In this document: one piece after another, positions 17,313 through 24,446 of the stretch
Layout of the letters: each line of letters starts with the position of its first letter
How positions within the stretch are numbered: the stretch's first letter is position 1
IMG/VR virus record: IMGVR_UViG_3300021197_001451
Coordinates: 1-25,937 of that record
Reading direction: 5' to 3' (one strand)
Source: a virus
Lineage: Duplodnaviria > Caudoviricetes
Length of the DNA stretch: 25,937 nt
Notes under the pieces: model-generated
Seen by the model: only the letters and a program-made list of their open reading frames with translations
Told to the model about the DNA's origin: nothing
The model's database searches: none
Made by a program: the position numbers and the translations under genes

Positions 17313-18884
17313 CTATCCTTTATATATCCACGAGATGTCATATTTTATACCATTATCGGTAGTTTGTGTAGAATTTAATCTTTGCCTATAACTAGTCATC
17401 CCTGGGATTGCTGTGTTCAGTTGCCTATTGCCTGTGCTGATCCCCGATAACATCGCTCTATTATATTCTATGTCTCTTTTGTTTACAGCCATAGCAACGT
17501 CTCTGACCCAGCAGCCGATCGCTAGTGCCATTACCAAGTCATCGTTATAGCCACGCATTGCCTGCGCTTTGCCGTTATGCCAAATAAATGTTTTTAGTTC
17601 CGAGGCGGTCCTAACAGAGTTGACGGTAAGCATATTATTTCTTACAAATTCTTCTAGCTTCGATACTACCAAGGGTCGGGTCTTCATCGACATCGTAAAT
17701 CCTGCTATACCACTATTCGCTTGCGCAGTAAGTTGATCCACATAGTCGTGGGTTGATTTTAGTGAATAGTAAATGTTATCGTATTCCAGATCTTCGATCC
17801 TTGAGAGTACGCCGTAATCCTTATTGTTTTCAATGACTAGAAGAGCCTTGTTGTAATCATTTGCAATTTCGGTTATCAAGGGCGCAAACATATCCCCAGT
17901 AAGCTTACCTTGATACTCTGCTACCTGCTGCATATCACTAGTTTTTATAACTTGCACTGTGCTATAGTCTTTGCCATCGCCACGGGCAACGTCGCCGACA
18001 CACAAGTATTCTTCGCCGTCAAGGGGTTCTTCCCATATCCAATAATTCCTGTCAAAGCCTGCTCTATGTATAGGGTCATTGCATCCGCTAAACATTCGCT
18101 CTAGCGAATCCCCAGAGACAACAGTTTCCCCTGAAGCGTTAAAACTACACTCAAGCTCTTGTGCAATCTCTCTCCGAGACATATTCCTGGTTTCTTTCTC
18201 AAACCATTTCATGTCTCTATCAGGATGAATTGACCAAGGCAAATTTATGAAATTGAAATCATTCTTACCTTCAACAGATTCCATGTATGTTTTGTGGAAC
18301 CAGTTACCAACGCCATTAGGTGTAGATAAAGTAATGGCTGCGCCACCAGTTGAAAGAGTAGGGTATAAGCCAGCCCACAGTTCCTCAAGCCCTTCAACGT
18401 GAGCAGCCTCATCGACCACTAGTAGGGATAGTGCTTCAGAACGACCTGCGTCGCCTGAGGTAGATGATGCCTTGACCTGTGATGCATTAGACAATTCAAA
18501 AGACGTTCTATTATTAATTGATATATCTGCAATCTTTAGCCATTCTGGCAAATTCCTATGTATCTGTTTTATTTTCTTTACTAAGTTAGTTGCACTCTGT
18601 AGCTTGGTTGCTACAACCAAAACATTCTTGCTTCTGTGAAATAATATCAGCCAACAAACATAACCTGCTACCGAAGTGGATAAACCTAACTGCCTTGCTT
18701 TCAATATGATATTGAAGCGATTCTCTCTAAACTCGTTTATAACATCCTTTTGGTAAGGATACAAATCAAACGGGATCAGGCCCCTCATGGGCTCTGTTAT
18801 CTTAGCATAGTTACAAAGGAAGTATGCGGGGTCTTTACCACACCGTATGACCTCTTTCATTACCTCACTTTTGGTGAGAGACAT
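17313..18884 (-). CDS. terL: Terminase large subunit (T4 gp17-like)
   Basis: Q motif LYPYQ, Walker A KARQLGLST, Walker B LLVVDEAAH, coupling motif STPNG, and nuclease motifs GDVARGDGKDYS and DDLVMALA. Confidence 0.96.
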   Translation of the reverse strand: MSLTKSEVMKEVIRCGKDPAYFLCNYAKITEPMRGLIPFDLYPYQKDVINEFRENRFNIILKARQLGLSTSVAGYVCWLILFHRSKNVLVVATKLQSATNLVKKIKQIHRNLPEWLKIADISINNRTSFELSNASQVKASSTSGDAGRSEALSLLVVDEAAHVEGLEELWAGLYPTLSTGGAAITLSTPNGVGNWFHKTYMESVEGKNDFNFINLPWSIHPDRDMKWFEKETRNMSRREIAQELECSFNASGETVVSGDSLERMFSGCNDPIHRAGFDRNYWIWEEPLDGEEYLCVGDVARGDGKDYSTVQVIKTSDMQQVAEYQGKLTGDMFAPLITEIANDYNKALLVIENNKDYGVLSRIEDLEYDNIYYSLKSTHDYVDQLTAQANSGIAGFTMSMKTRPLVVSKLEEFVRNNMLTVNSVRTASELKTFIWHNGKAQAMRGYNDDLVMALAIGCWVRDVAMAVNKRDIEYNRAMLSGISTGNRQLNTAIPGMTSYRQRLNSTQTTDNGIKYDISWIYKG

Positions 18885-19450
18885 TATGCACTCGGCGTAT
18901 CTGGGTTAGCGGGTGCCTTATCGTTTTCAGCCTTCTTGGGGCTCTTGAATTGATCCATAAACTTCTTAATATTGTCTTCAACTCTCTCGGAGGAGTACTC
19001 GCTAGATTCTGCGTTGACAGCATCGGTATCTTTCATCGATCCAATCTTATAAACTTTCTTAGCCACGACAAAGGTTCGCTGACGAGATAAGTTCTGAACG
19101 TTTATATCTGTTTCGCCTTCCGCTGTTAGAGCTACCGTATTTTTAGTAATTTCACGATAACGCTTCTTCAGACGCTTAACGATGTCGCCAAGGCGCTGCT
19201 CTATTTCATTTTGAAATTGCGCTTTAGGATGCACCTCTTTGAGCATCATTTCACTATGATAAGAAATGATAACCTTGTTGTGAGCAAATTTAACTCCAAA
19301 CCCATCAGCGGTGTATCTCTTGTATTGGTTTTTGTCTTCTCTGTTGAGACCTATCTCAATTGGATTTCCATCCTCGTCTAGGGCTCCATCATATGAATCA
19401 GCGGCAGCTTGTGCCAAACCTCTTAGTATTTCTAAATTTTCAGCAGCCAT
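18884..19450 (-). CDS. Hypothetical protein (188 aa) coupled to TerL
   Basis: AGGAG SD; TAATG overlap with terL. Confidence 0.8.
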   Translation of the reverse strand: MAAENLEILRGLAQAAADSYDGALDEDGNPIEIGLNREDKNQYKRYTADGFGVKFAHNKVIISYHSEMMLKEVHPKAQFQNEIEQRLGDIVKRLKKRYREITKNTVALTAEGETDINVQNLSRQRTFVVAKKVYKIGSMKDTDAVNAESSEYSSERVEDNIKKFMDQFKSPKKAENDKAPANPDTPSA

Positions 19451-19858
19451 TTATTTTCTCCTATACATAGCTTGTTCTATTCTGTCCTCATCAGGACGCC
19501 AGCCATCTTTCCATCGTTCTTCTCGATCAACCACAAAATCAATATAGCAATCATGGCAACAAGAAAATCTATTCATATATAGGTCGTCTTTCATGGAAAA
19601 CGAATATGTTTTGCACACTGGACATGTGTTATCTTGTTTGCGTTGTGTAGCTTTTGTGGATATGAATGTATTCTCCGCTATTTGAGTAGTCGTCTTTTTT
19701 TGCGTATGTGGCTTGTTAGCCATATGCTTAATCTGCTGTAGGTACTCTTTTTCCTTTTGCTCGGTCCAATCGCCACGAATATCTTGAGCAGCATCTTTAC
19801 CATACTTTTCAGATATCGCCTTCTCGACGGCGGCTATATGATCATAGTCTTTTTTCAT
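19451..19858 (-). CDS. Hypothetical Zn-finger protein (CPVC...CCHDC)
   Basis: Start re-called to ATG 19858 (MKKDYDHIAA), with an ATGA overlap to the upstream gene; C-terminal CxxC-x18-CxxC and RWKDGWRP. Confidence 0.75.
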   Translation of the reverse strand: MKKDYDHIAAVEKAISEKYGKDAAQDIRGDWTEQKEKEYLQQIKHMANKPHTQKKTTTQIAENTFISTKATQRKQDNTCPVCKTYSFSMKDDLYMNRFSCCHDCYIDFVVDREERWKDGWRPDEDRIEQAMYRRK

Positions 19859-20220
19859 TTTTGATATACTGCGTGGACTATCCCTACCGATAATCCAGCC
19901 CCCATAAGAAGCCCCGTTGCCATTCCTAGCGCCCCTCGGTTTCTCATAAACCAAGTGTCCCTCTTATTAATAACTTGCTTTAGTTCTTTGATTGACGTTT
20001 TATAGGTTTCTTGTATCTTGGTACAAACCCTCTTATCTACATTACACTCAGCGATTTTAGCATCGGTATCAATCTTGAGTTGCAAAAACTTTCTGTAGTT
20101 GTCTTCGCTTACTAAAATACCAACATGCTGCTTACCATCAACCTCTGTAACAACAGGCACATCACTGAAAGATGATACTGGTGCCATTAGAAGAGATACT
20201 AATAATAATCCTGTGATCAT
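19855..20220 (-). CDS. Exported/membrane protein with N-terminal signal, coiled coil and C-terminal TM helix; possible spanin component
   Basis: Hydrophobic N-terminus MITGLLLVSLLMA and C-terminal GALGMATGLLMGAGLSVGIVHAV; third gene of an overlapping membrane-protein trio. Confidence 0.55.
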   Translation of the reverse strand: MITGLLLVSLLMAPVSSFSDVPVVTEVDGKQHVGILVSEDNYRKFLQLKIDTDAKIAECNVDKRVCTKIQETYKTSIKELKQVINKRDTWFMRNRGALGMATGLLMGAGLSVGIVHAVYQK

Positions 20221-20534
20221 AGGTCTAAACTTTCTTTCAAACGAATCAAATCGTTTAGTCGTTCCTTAGTATCCTCTATTTCTTTATTTTTGTTAAGCTT
20301 TGTTTGGAATATTTTTTTGACTGCGCCAATCTTATCTTTTTCTAATTCACCTTTGATCGTTGCAATTTCAACTTGTACTTGTGCTTTTTCTATGATTTGG
20401 TCAGCTACTTGGGTAGCTTTATTTTCTGGCTTAACTAGCTTATAAAGGTATAAACAAATAGCGGCGGCTGTACAAGCCGCTAACACTATTTTCCATCCTG
20501 TTTTTAGAAACCAGTACTTTGCCTTATTTACCAT
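20217..20534 (-). CDS. Putative i-spanin-like protein (N-terminal TM + coiled coil)
   Basis: IVLAACTAAAICLYLY TM segment followed by a long Lys/Glu-rich helix; adjacent to the holin-like gene. Confidence 0.5.
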   Translation of the reverse strand: MVNKAKYWFLKTGWKIVLAACTAAAICLYLYKLVKPENKATQVADQIIEKAQVQVEIATIKGELEKDKIGAVKKIFQTKLNKNKEIEDTKERLNDLIRLKESLDL

Positions 20535-20709
20535 GCTTCCACTTGGACGCTATGTCGGCTGCACCTTGTAATCCAATATAGGCTAATGAGACAGCAACCC
20601 AATCATCACTGGCTAACATGCCAAATCCTAAAAAGGCAGTTGCTGTGCCCCAAACAATCAATTTACGTGAGGCCCATTTGCCCAACACTTTATCTAATTT
20701 CTCTTGCAT
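20524..20709 (-). CDS. Putative holin (61 aa, two TM helices)
   Basis: SRK motif before TM1, a second hydrophobic helix and a basic C-terminus; GGAGG SD; first gene after a CTATTTA motif. Confidence 0.55.
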   Translation of the reverse strand: MQEKLDKVLGKWASRKLIVWGTATAFLGFGMLASDDWVAVSLAYIGLQGAADIASKWKHGK

Positions 20710-20731
20710 CTTATTATGCCTCCTATAGGAA

Positions 20732-20739
20732 TAAATAGT
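20732..20739 (-). promoter_or_regulatory. Putative late promoter motif ACTATTTA at the start of the late module
   Basis: Copy of the shared motif exactly at the boundary between the small-ORF/glycosylase region and the lysis/virion genes. Confidence 0.6.
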
Positions 20740-20753
20740 GCAAGAGTAAAAGT

Positions 20754-21266
20754 TTAGACTACCTCGAAAGGTTCAGTGCGATAATCATATACCCACTCTG
20801 GGATCTTGTCAACTGGATAACGCAAGCGAGGCTTAGAAGCGTAGAACTTGCGATAAGATACTACTGGGTTGTCTGACCGAAACTCGTCAGGCATAGCTAG
20901 ACGGAGCGGTGTACACTCTAATGTTGGAAACAGTCCTGGGTCAAACATCTCAATGAGAGTCTGAAGAACTGATTGGCATTTGTGAGTTTTACTGAAGCGA
21001 TGTTCATACTCATCAATCATTGCCTGGCAGTGTAGAGCGAGGTTCATATAATTGCTTGCCGACTCAGCAGCCCACAGGCACGATGGGTGCTTGGGGTTAA
21101 ACGAACGGTAAGGAGCCTTGAGACCCTGCTCGTTGATGACTGTTGACATGATCTGACAAGACTCTAGGATCATCTTGACCACACGCAAGTTGTCTTGAGA
21201 CTGTGCTGACTTCTCCCAGTCAATCTCACCTGTTTCTTCATTGCCTTCAATAGCAAAAATATTCAT
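20754..21266 (-). CDS. Pyrimidine-dimer DNA glycosylase family (DenV/Pyr_excise-like) protein
   Basis: MNIF, VVKMILESCQIMST, HPSCLWAAESASNY, EYEHRFSKTHK and AMPDEFR...VVSYRKFY motifs. Start re-called to ATG 21266 (GGAG SD, ATGA overlap). Confidence 0.8.
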   Translation of the reverse strand: MNIFAIEGNEETGEIDWEKSAQSQDNLRVVKMILESCQIMSTVINEQGLKAPYRSFNPKHPSCLWAAESASNYMNLALHCQAMIDEYEHRFSKTHKCQSVLQTLIEMFDPGLFPTLECTPLRLAMPDEFRSDNPVVSYRKFYASKPRLRYPVDKIPEWVYDYRTEPFEVV

Positions 21267-21460
21267 AACGTCTCCACTAGTTTCAAGTCTTCTTGCCAAA
21301 CATATTCTTCAGTGTTACTGTCATTACACCACTGGACAAGAACCTGGACAGTACGCCAGGTGCGGTCGATCGACACAGACTTGACCAGCCCCAGGGTGGA
21401 GTTGGCAGGGTGGTCGAACTTTATGAGTTGCCCTGGCTTGAGCTTGGGTGTGATAGTCAT
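21263..21460 (-). CDS. Small SH3/KOW-like array protein (65 aa)
   Basis: KPGQLIKF...LGLVKS...VLVQW...LKLV; close paralog of 21460-21660. Confidence 0.8.
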   Translation of the reverse strand: MTITPKLKPGQLIKFDHPANSTLGLVKSVSIDRTWRTVQVLVQWCNDSNTEEYVWQEDLKLVETL

Positions 21461-21660
21461 TAGCTTTCTACCAATCTAAGTTTTGATTGTGGAACGTATT
21501 CTTCGACTTGTTCTTGCTCGCCACACCAGTGGACTAACACAAGTGCTGGTGCACCACGGCGTGGCGCTACGGAGGTTGACTTGACTAAGCCAAGCATAAT
21601 ACAATCACCGTTGACAAACTGAACAAGCTGACCTGGCTTGAACTTTGGCATGATAGCCAT
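21460..21660 (-). CDS. Small SH3/KOW-like array protein (66 aa)
   Basis: KPGQLVQF...LGLVKS...VLVHW...LRLV; GAGGAGG SD. Confidence 0.85.
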   Translation of the reverse strand: MAIMPKFKPGQLVQFVNGDCIMLGLVKSTSVAPRRGAPALVLVHWCGEQEQVEEYVPQSKLRLVES

Positions 21661-21679
21661 AAAACCTCCTCACACAATT

Positions 21680-21707
21680 AGTATACCACACTATTCTACA
21701 ATGTCAA
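21680..21707 (-). promoter_or_regulatory. Sigma70-type early promoter
   Basis: TTGACA-16 nt-TATACT with an extended -10 TG, followed by a GAGGAGG SD. Confidence 0.8.
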
Positions 21708-21708
21708 A

Positions 21709-21939
21709 TCAATTAGATACAACGTCCCAACAATTATGGGCATTGACTAAAAGCTCCTCAAATCGCTCACCAGTCGCACACCACTGCATCCTCACATAGC
21801 GGTGAGGGGGGTAGCCGTTAGTCGGCATTGGACCAGCATATGACTTTTCAAGAACCAGAGCTAGCTTCCCATCGTTAGAACCAAAACGGGCCCGCAGAAG
21901 AGTCCCAGGCTGTTGAACTTCCCACATCTTATCACGCAT
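21709..21939 (-). CDS. Small SH3/KOW-like array protein (76 aa)
   Basis: QPGTLLRA...LALVL...VRMQW...WDVVS. Confidence 0.75.
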   Translation of the reverse strand: MRDKMWEVQQPGTLLRARFGSNDGKLALVLEKSYAGPMPTNGYPPHRYVRMQWCATGERFEELLVNAHNCWDVVSN

Positions 21940-22168
21940 AACTAATCACGTCCCAGTTCAAAGGCATAAAAATACATCGGGTACCATTTGGGAATATAAC
22001 ATCATGTGTAATATATTTTCCATTGATGCTTGGTGCCAAAAGACCATACTCGCCGTTCTGGCGAATAGTAACATTATTCCGACAATGTTTTTTGACCCGA
22101 AGCAAGCTACCGATAGGAATGTTCTCAGGGTTCGATTTTAGTCGAGTATTGTAGGTTTCTTTTTTCAT
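21932..22168 (-). CDS. Small SH3/KOW-like array protein (78 aa)
   Basis: PIGSLLRV...YGLL...DVIFPNG...WDVIS. Confidence 0.75.
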   Translation of the reverse strand: MKKETYNTRLKSNPENIPIGSLLRVKKHCRNNVTIRQNGEYGLLAPSINGKYITHDVIFPNGTRCIFMPLNWDVISYA

Positions 22169-22356
22169 TACAACTCCACCAAATATCGAACTGGATATTG
22201 TCTGGAGACCGAGGAGCCGAACATTACATCGACAAACTCAAGCTCGTCTCCAAGATATTCGTCAAGGGCCCAGTAGTTTGAGCGAGTGATGATGCCGAGC
22301 ACTCGGTTGGAAGCAACTGCTACCAATTCTCCAACATTATATAATCTATGTTTCAT
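22168..22356 (-). CDS. Small SH3/KOW-like array protein (62 aa)
   Basis: NVGELVAV...LGII...VDVMF...YLVEL; TGATG overlap gives the likely start at 22356. Confidence 0.75.
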   Translation of the reverse strand: MKHRLYNVGELVAVASNRVLGIITRSNYWALDEYLGDELEFVDVMFGSSVSRQYPVRYLVEL

Positions 22357-22553
22357 CACCACATCCTCGTCGTTAGATTTCGTTCTTCAGCAAAAAAAGT
22401 GGTTCCATTGGGCTTCATCACTTTCCAATGGCTTTTGTTAAGTTTTTCCATTACAAGCAGTGGCGCTTTACGTTCTGCCAGATCAATAAACCACAACGTG
22501 GAATAAGGAGTGATCGCTGACTTCCTAACACGAACTAAATCACCTGGCTTCAC
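22356..22553 (-). CDS. Small SH3/KOW-like array protein (65 aa)
   Basis: MKPGDLVRV (GTG start, GGAGGTG SD). Confidence 0.8.
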   Translation of the reverse strand: MKPGDLVRVRKSAITPYSTLWFIDLAERKAPLLVMEKLNKSHWKVMKPNGTTFFAEERNLTTRMW

Positions 22554-22716
22554 TCAACACCTCCAACATCGTACAATTCTTGGGTACGAACTGGGGACCT
22601 AACTTTTCATTTGAGACCCACATATAATCTAACTTCTCATCATCGTGGCGAAGGACAATGCCAATGCCCAGCTTTACATTGTAAGCTGTGAACTGAACTA
22701 GTGTTCCGACCTTCAT
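22540..22716 (-). CDS. Small SH3/KOW-like array protein (58 aa; below ORF-track cutoff)
   Basis: Manual translation MKVGTLVQFTAYNVKLGIGIVLRHDDEKLDYMWVSNEKLGPQFVPKNCTMLEVLSEAR. Confidence 0.8.
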   Translation of the reverse strand: MKVGTLVQFTAYNVKLGIGIVLRHDDEKLDYMWVSNEKLGPQFVPKNCTMLEVLSEAR

Positions 22717-22877
22717 TATATCACTTCCAGTGAAGTAATAGGATGAGCAAAGCTACCATAGTCGTCAGACCACAAGACCTTGACAACTGCTCGGTCTACC
22801 CAGACTACAACTCCAAGTTGCTGTTTCTCCCAGCCCATCCATCCTTGTTGTCGTTTTACTAAATCACCTGGCTTCAT
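22716..22877 (-). CDS. Small SH3/KOW-like array protein (53 aa; below ORF-track cutoff)
   Basis: Manual translation MKPGDLVKRQQGWMGWEKQQLGVVVWVDRAVVKVLWSDDYGSFAHPITSLEVI. Confidence 0.8.
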   Translation of the reverse strand: MKPGDLVKRQQGWMGWEKQQLGVVVWVDRAVVKVLWSDDYGSFAHPITSLEVI

Positions 22878-23022
22878 TGATCAACTCCAACTCGCAGGTG
22901 TTCTGACCTCTGGTTTCCCCGTCGTCCCAGAGCACCTCTACAACATCCATGACACCCCAAGCGAGAACAATAATTCCCAATTGGTTATCCATAAGGTGCC
23001 GAACCAAATCACCTTGCTTCAC
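22864..23022 (-). CDS. Small SH3/KOW-like array protein (52 aa; below ORF-track cutoff)
   Basis: Manual translation (GTG start) MKQGDLVRHLMDNQLGIIVLAWGVMDVVEVLWDDGETRGQNTCELELINEAR. Confidence 0.8.
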   Translation of the reverse strand: MKQGDLVRHLMDNQLGIIVLAWGVMDVVEVLWDDGETRGQNTCELELINEAR

Positions 23023-23194
23023 TGACCACCTCTAAATCTTGTTCGAGAATGAGTAGATTCTCGCCAGTGTGGAGACGCTTAACAACCCAAAAGTATCCTT
23101 TGCTTTGACGCATAATCATACCCAACTCTTTGCGCATTTTCCAGTCAAAGTTGACTAGAGCACCGACACCGTGACCTGCTGATGATATCATCAT
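23009..23194 (-). CDS. Small SH3/KOW-like array protein (61 aa)
   Basis: GVGALVNF...LGMIM...WVVK...DLEVVSEAR. Confidence 0.75.
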   Translation of the reverse strand: MMISSAGHGVGALVNFDWKMRKELGMIMRQSKGYFWVVKRLHTGENLLILEQDLEVVSEAR

Positions 23195-23382
23195 TCCCCA
23201 CTATCTACTAGCCACACAATATTATGCGGGCTGTGTGCTCTTGGAACTTCTAAGTTATCCCACTTGATAACGAACTCGTGCATATCGCCACCAACAACTT
23301 TACCTTTTTGGTCTTGCAAAAGCGGGTGTTGACCTTTATATTTGACACGCTCGCCATGAAACATATTGAAATCACTCATCAC
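23191..23382 (-). CDS. Small SH3/KOW-like array protein (62-63 aa)
   Basis: HGERVKY...GKVV...VIKWD; AAGGAG SD from the promoter cassette. Confidence 0.75.
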   Translation of the reverse strand: MMSDFNMFHGERVKYKGQHPLLQDQKGKVVGGDMHEFVIKWDNLEVPRAHSPHNIVWLVDSGE

Positions 23383-23427
23383 TCTCTCCTTACAATTTAT
23401 AATACCATGGATAGAGTGTTTGTCAAG
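23383..23427 (-). promoter_or_regulatory. Sigma70-type promoter + RBS cassette, copy 1
   Basis: CTTGACA-AACACTCTATCCATGG-TATTAT-AAATTGT-AAGGAGAGA; 40/45 identical to 24447-24491. Confidence 0.85.
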
Positions 23428-23435
23428 AAAATATA

Positions 23436-23657
23436 TTATTTATTTGCAGAAGATAATAAAGTAATACGTGGCTCGGAAATCCAATATTGTTCATTTCCAA
23501 CTTGAATTTTATAAACGTTGTCTTTGGTTAGTCGATAACTCTGCTCAATAATTATTCCTATAACTTTTAGGAAATCTACATATTCTTCTGTTATACGATC
23601 TTTTTGGAATTCTACAAGATCACCAAGTTTGTAACGGTAATCAAATTTACGATCCAC
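23436..23657 (-). CDS. Small SH3/KOW-like array protein (73 aa)
   Basis: Start re-called to GTG 23657 (GGAG SD): MDRKFDYRYKLGDLVEF...IGIII...YKIQV...ITLLS. Confidence 0.75.
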   Translation of the reverse strand: MDRKFDYRYKLGDLVEFQKDRITEEYVDFLKVIGIIIEQSYRLTKDNVYKIQVGNEQYWISEPRITLLSSANK

Positions 23658-23841
23658 TGATAATCTCCAAATGATGAACAGAATAATATTCAGTATCGGG
23701 TGACTCAAGCCAGTCAACCAGCACACAGGTTGTGCCGTGGTTCTTCACTTCAGGATGAGACATAACAAGACCCATAGGGTTCCAGCCTCGGTTGGTTTCT
23801 GTGTCCCAGTCTGTGATTCTTACCAAGTCACCTGGCTTCAT
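23647..23841 (-). CDS. Small SH3/KOW-like array protein (64 aa)
   Basis: MKPGDLVRI...MGLVM...VLVDW...HLEIIS. Confidence 0.85.
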   Translation of the reverse strand: MKPGDLVRITDWDTETNRGWNPMGLVMSHPEVKNHGTTCVLVDWLESPDTEYYSVHHLEIISGS

Positions 23842-23992
23842 TGATCACCACCACATCATCTGGATAGAAGACTCTTTGCGGAGAGAAGGTATCCAGATGG
23901 AAATACCTCACCTCTCCTTTGATTTCTCGTACTGCTGATACGAGGTATAAATTTCCGTTGCGTCTGTATTTTACTAAATCACCGACTCGCAT
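23828..23992 (-). CDS. Small SH3/KOW-like array protein (54 aa; below ORF-track cutoff)
   Basis: Manual translation MRVGDLVKYRRNGNLYLVSAVREIKGEVRYFHLDTFSPQRVFYPDDVVVINEAR. Confidence 0.8.
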   Translation of the reverse strand: MRVGDLVKYRRNGNLYLVSAVREIKGEVRYFHLDTFSPQRVFYPDDVVVINEAR

Positions 23993-24188
23993 TGATCACC
24001 TCTTCTACTCGCCAGGAGCTACAACTGCCTGGTGTATTATCATCACAATAGATCATTTTGATGTGGGGGTAGGCTGGACCTGTTTCGGGGAACCGAAAGA
24101 ACACCTCGGTAAGGATAGCCATCCCGCCAGTCTTCATCATCACGAGGTCGCCGACCTTGAGTCCTTTGCGCCATTCGGTATCTTTCAC
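23979..24188 (-). CDS. Small SH3/KOW-like array protein (69 aa)
   Basis: LKVGDLVMMKTGG...IKMIY...VEEVINASR. Confidence 0.8.
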   Translation of the reverse strand: MKDTEWRKGLKVGDLVMMKTGGMAILTEVFFRFPETGPAYPHIKMIYCDDNTPGSCSSWRVEEVINASR

Positions 24189-24442
24189 CCTAGAACCTCC
24201 AGTTCAAAATCGGGGTCATCCCGAAAGCTGACCCAACGAACATGGAAGCCATGTGGTCCCTCATTCTCTTCCGACTCAAGCAGTAGGAATGGTCCTGGGG
24301 CTTTGGAGTTGAAGTGAACCTTTAAAGACTCACCAACAACACGCCACAGAGCGCCCTGTTCACGAACACGGTTTTTACCATGACGTGACTTACCTACAAG
24401 TTTAACTTTCTTCTTAAGCATACCCATACCATTTGATAACAC
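24185..24442 (-). CDS. Small hypothetical protein (85 aa), GKSRHGKNRV...RWV..DDPDFELEV type
   Basis: First gene after a promoter cassette; lacks the GDLV motif but ends in LEV like its neighbours. Confidence 0.75.
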   Translation of the reverse strand: MLSNGMGMLKKKVKLVGKSRHGKNRVREQGALWRVVGESLKVHFNSKAPGPFLLLESEENEGPHGFHVRWVSFRDDPDFELEVLG

Positions 24443-24446
24443 AACT

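Noticed and set aside
911-17315. Stop-codon reassignment, as in some large phages
   Set aside because: Conserved genes are full length in code 11, and TAA, TAG and TGA all terminate genes exactly where the next gene starts.
9001-18884. Introns or inteins in TerL, portal or MCP
   Set aside because: ORFs are uninterrupted and TerL is of normal length. I saw no intein C/S...HN termini or homing-endonuclease motifs, and the MCP extra length looks like a surface insertion.
930-24317. Plus-strand ORFs in the track (e.g. 3134-3667, 10391-10813, 22780-23025, 23919-24317)
   Set aside because: They lie antisense to well-supported minus-strand genes and show no recognisable motifs, so they are treated as shadow ORFs.
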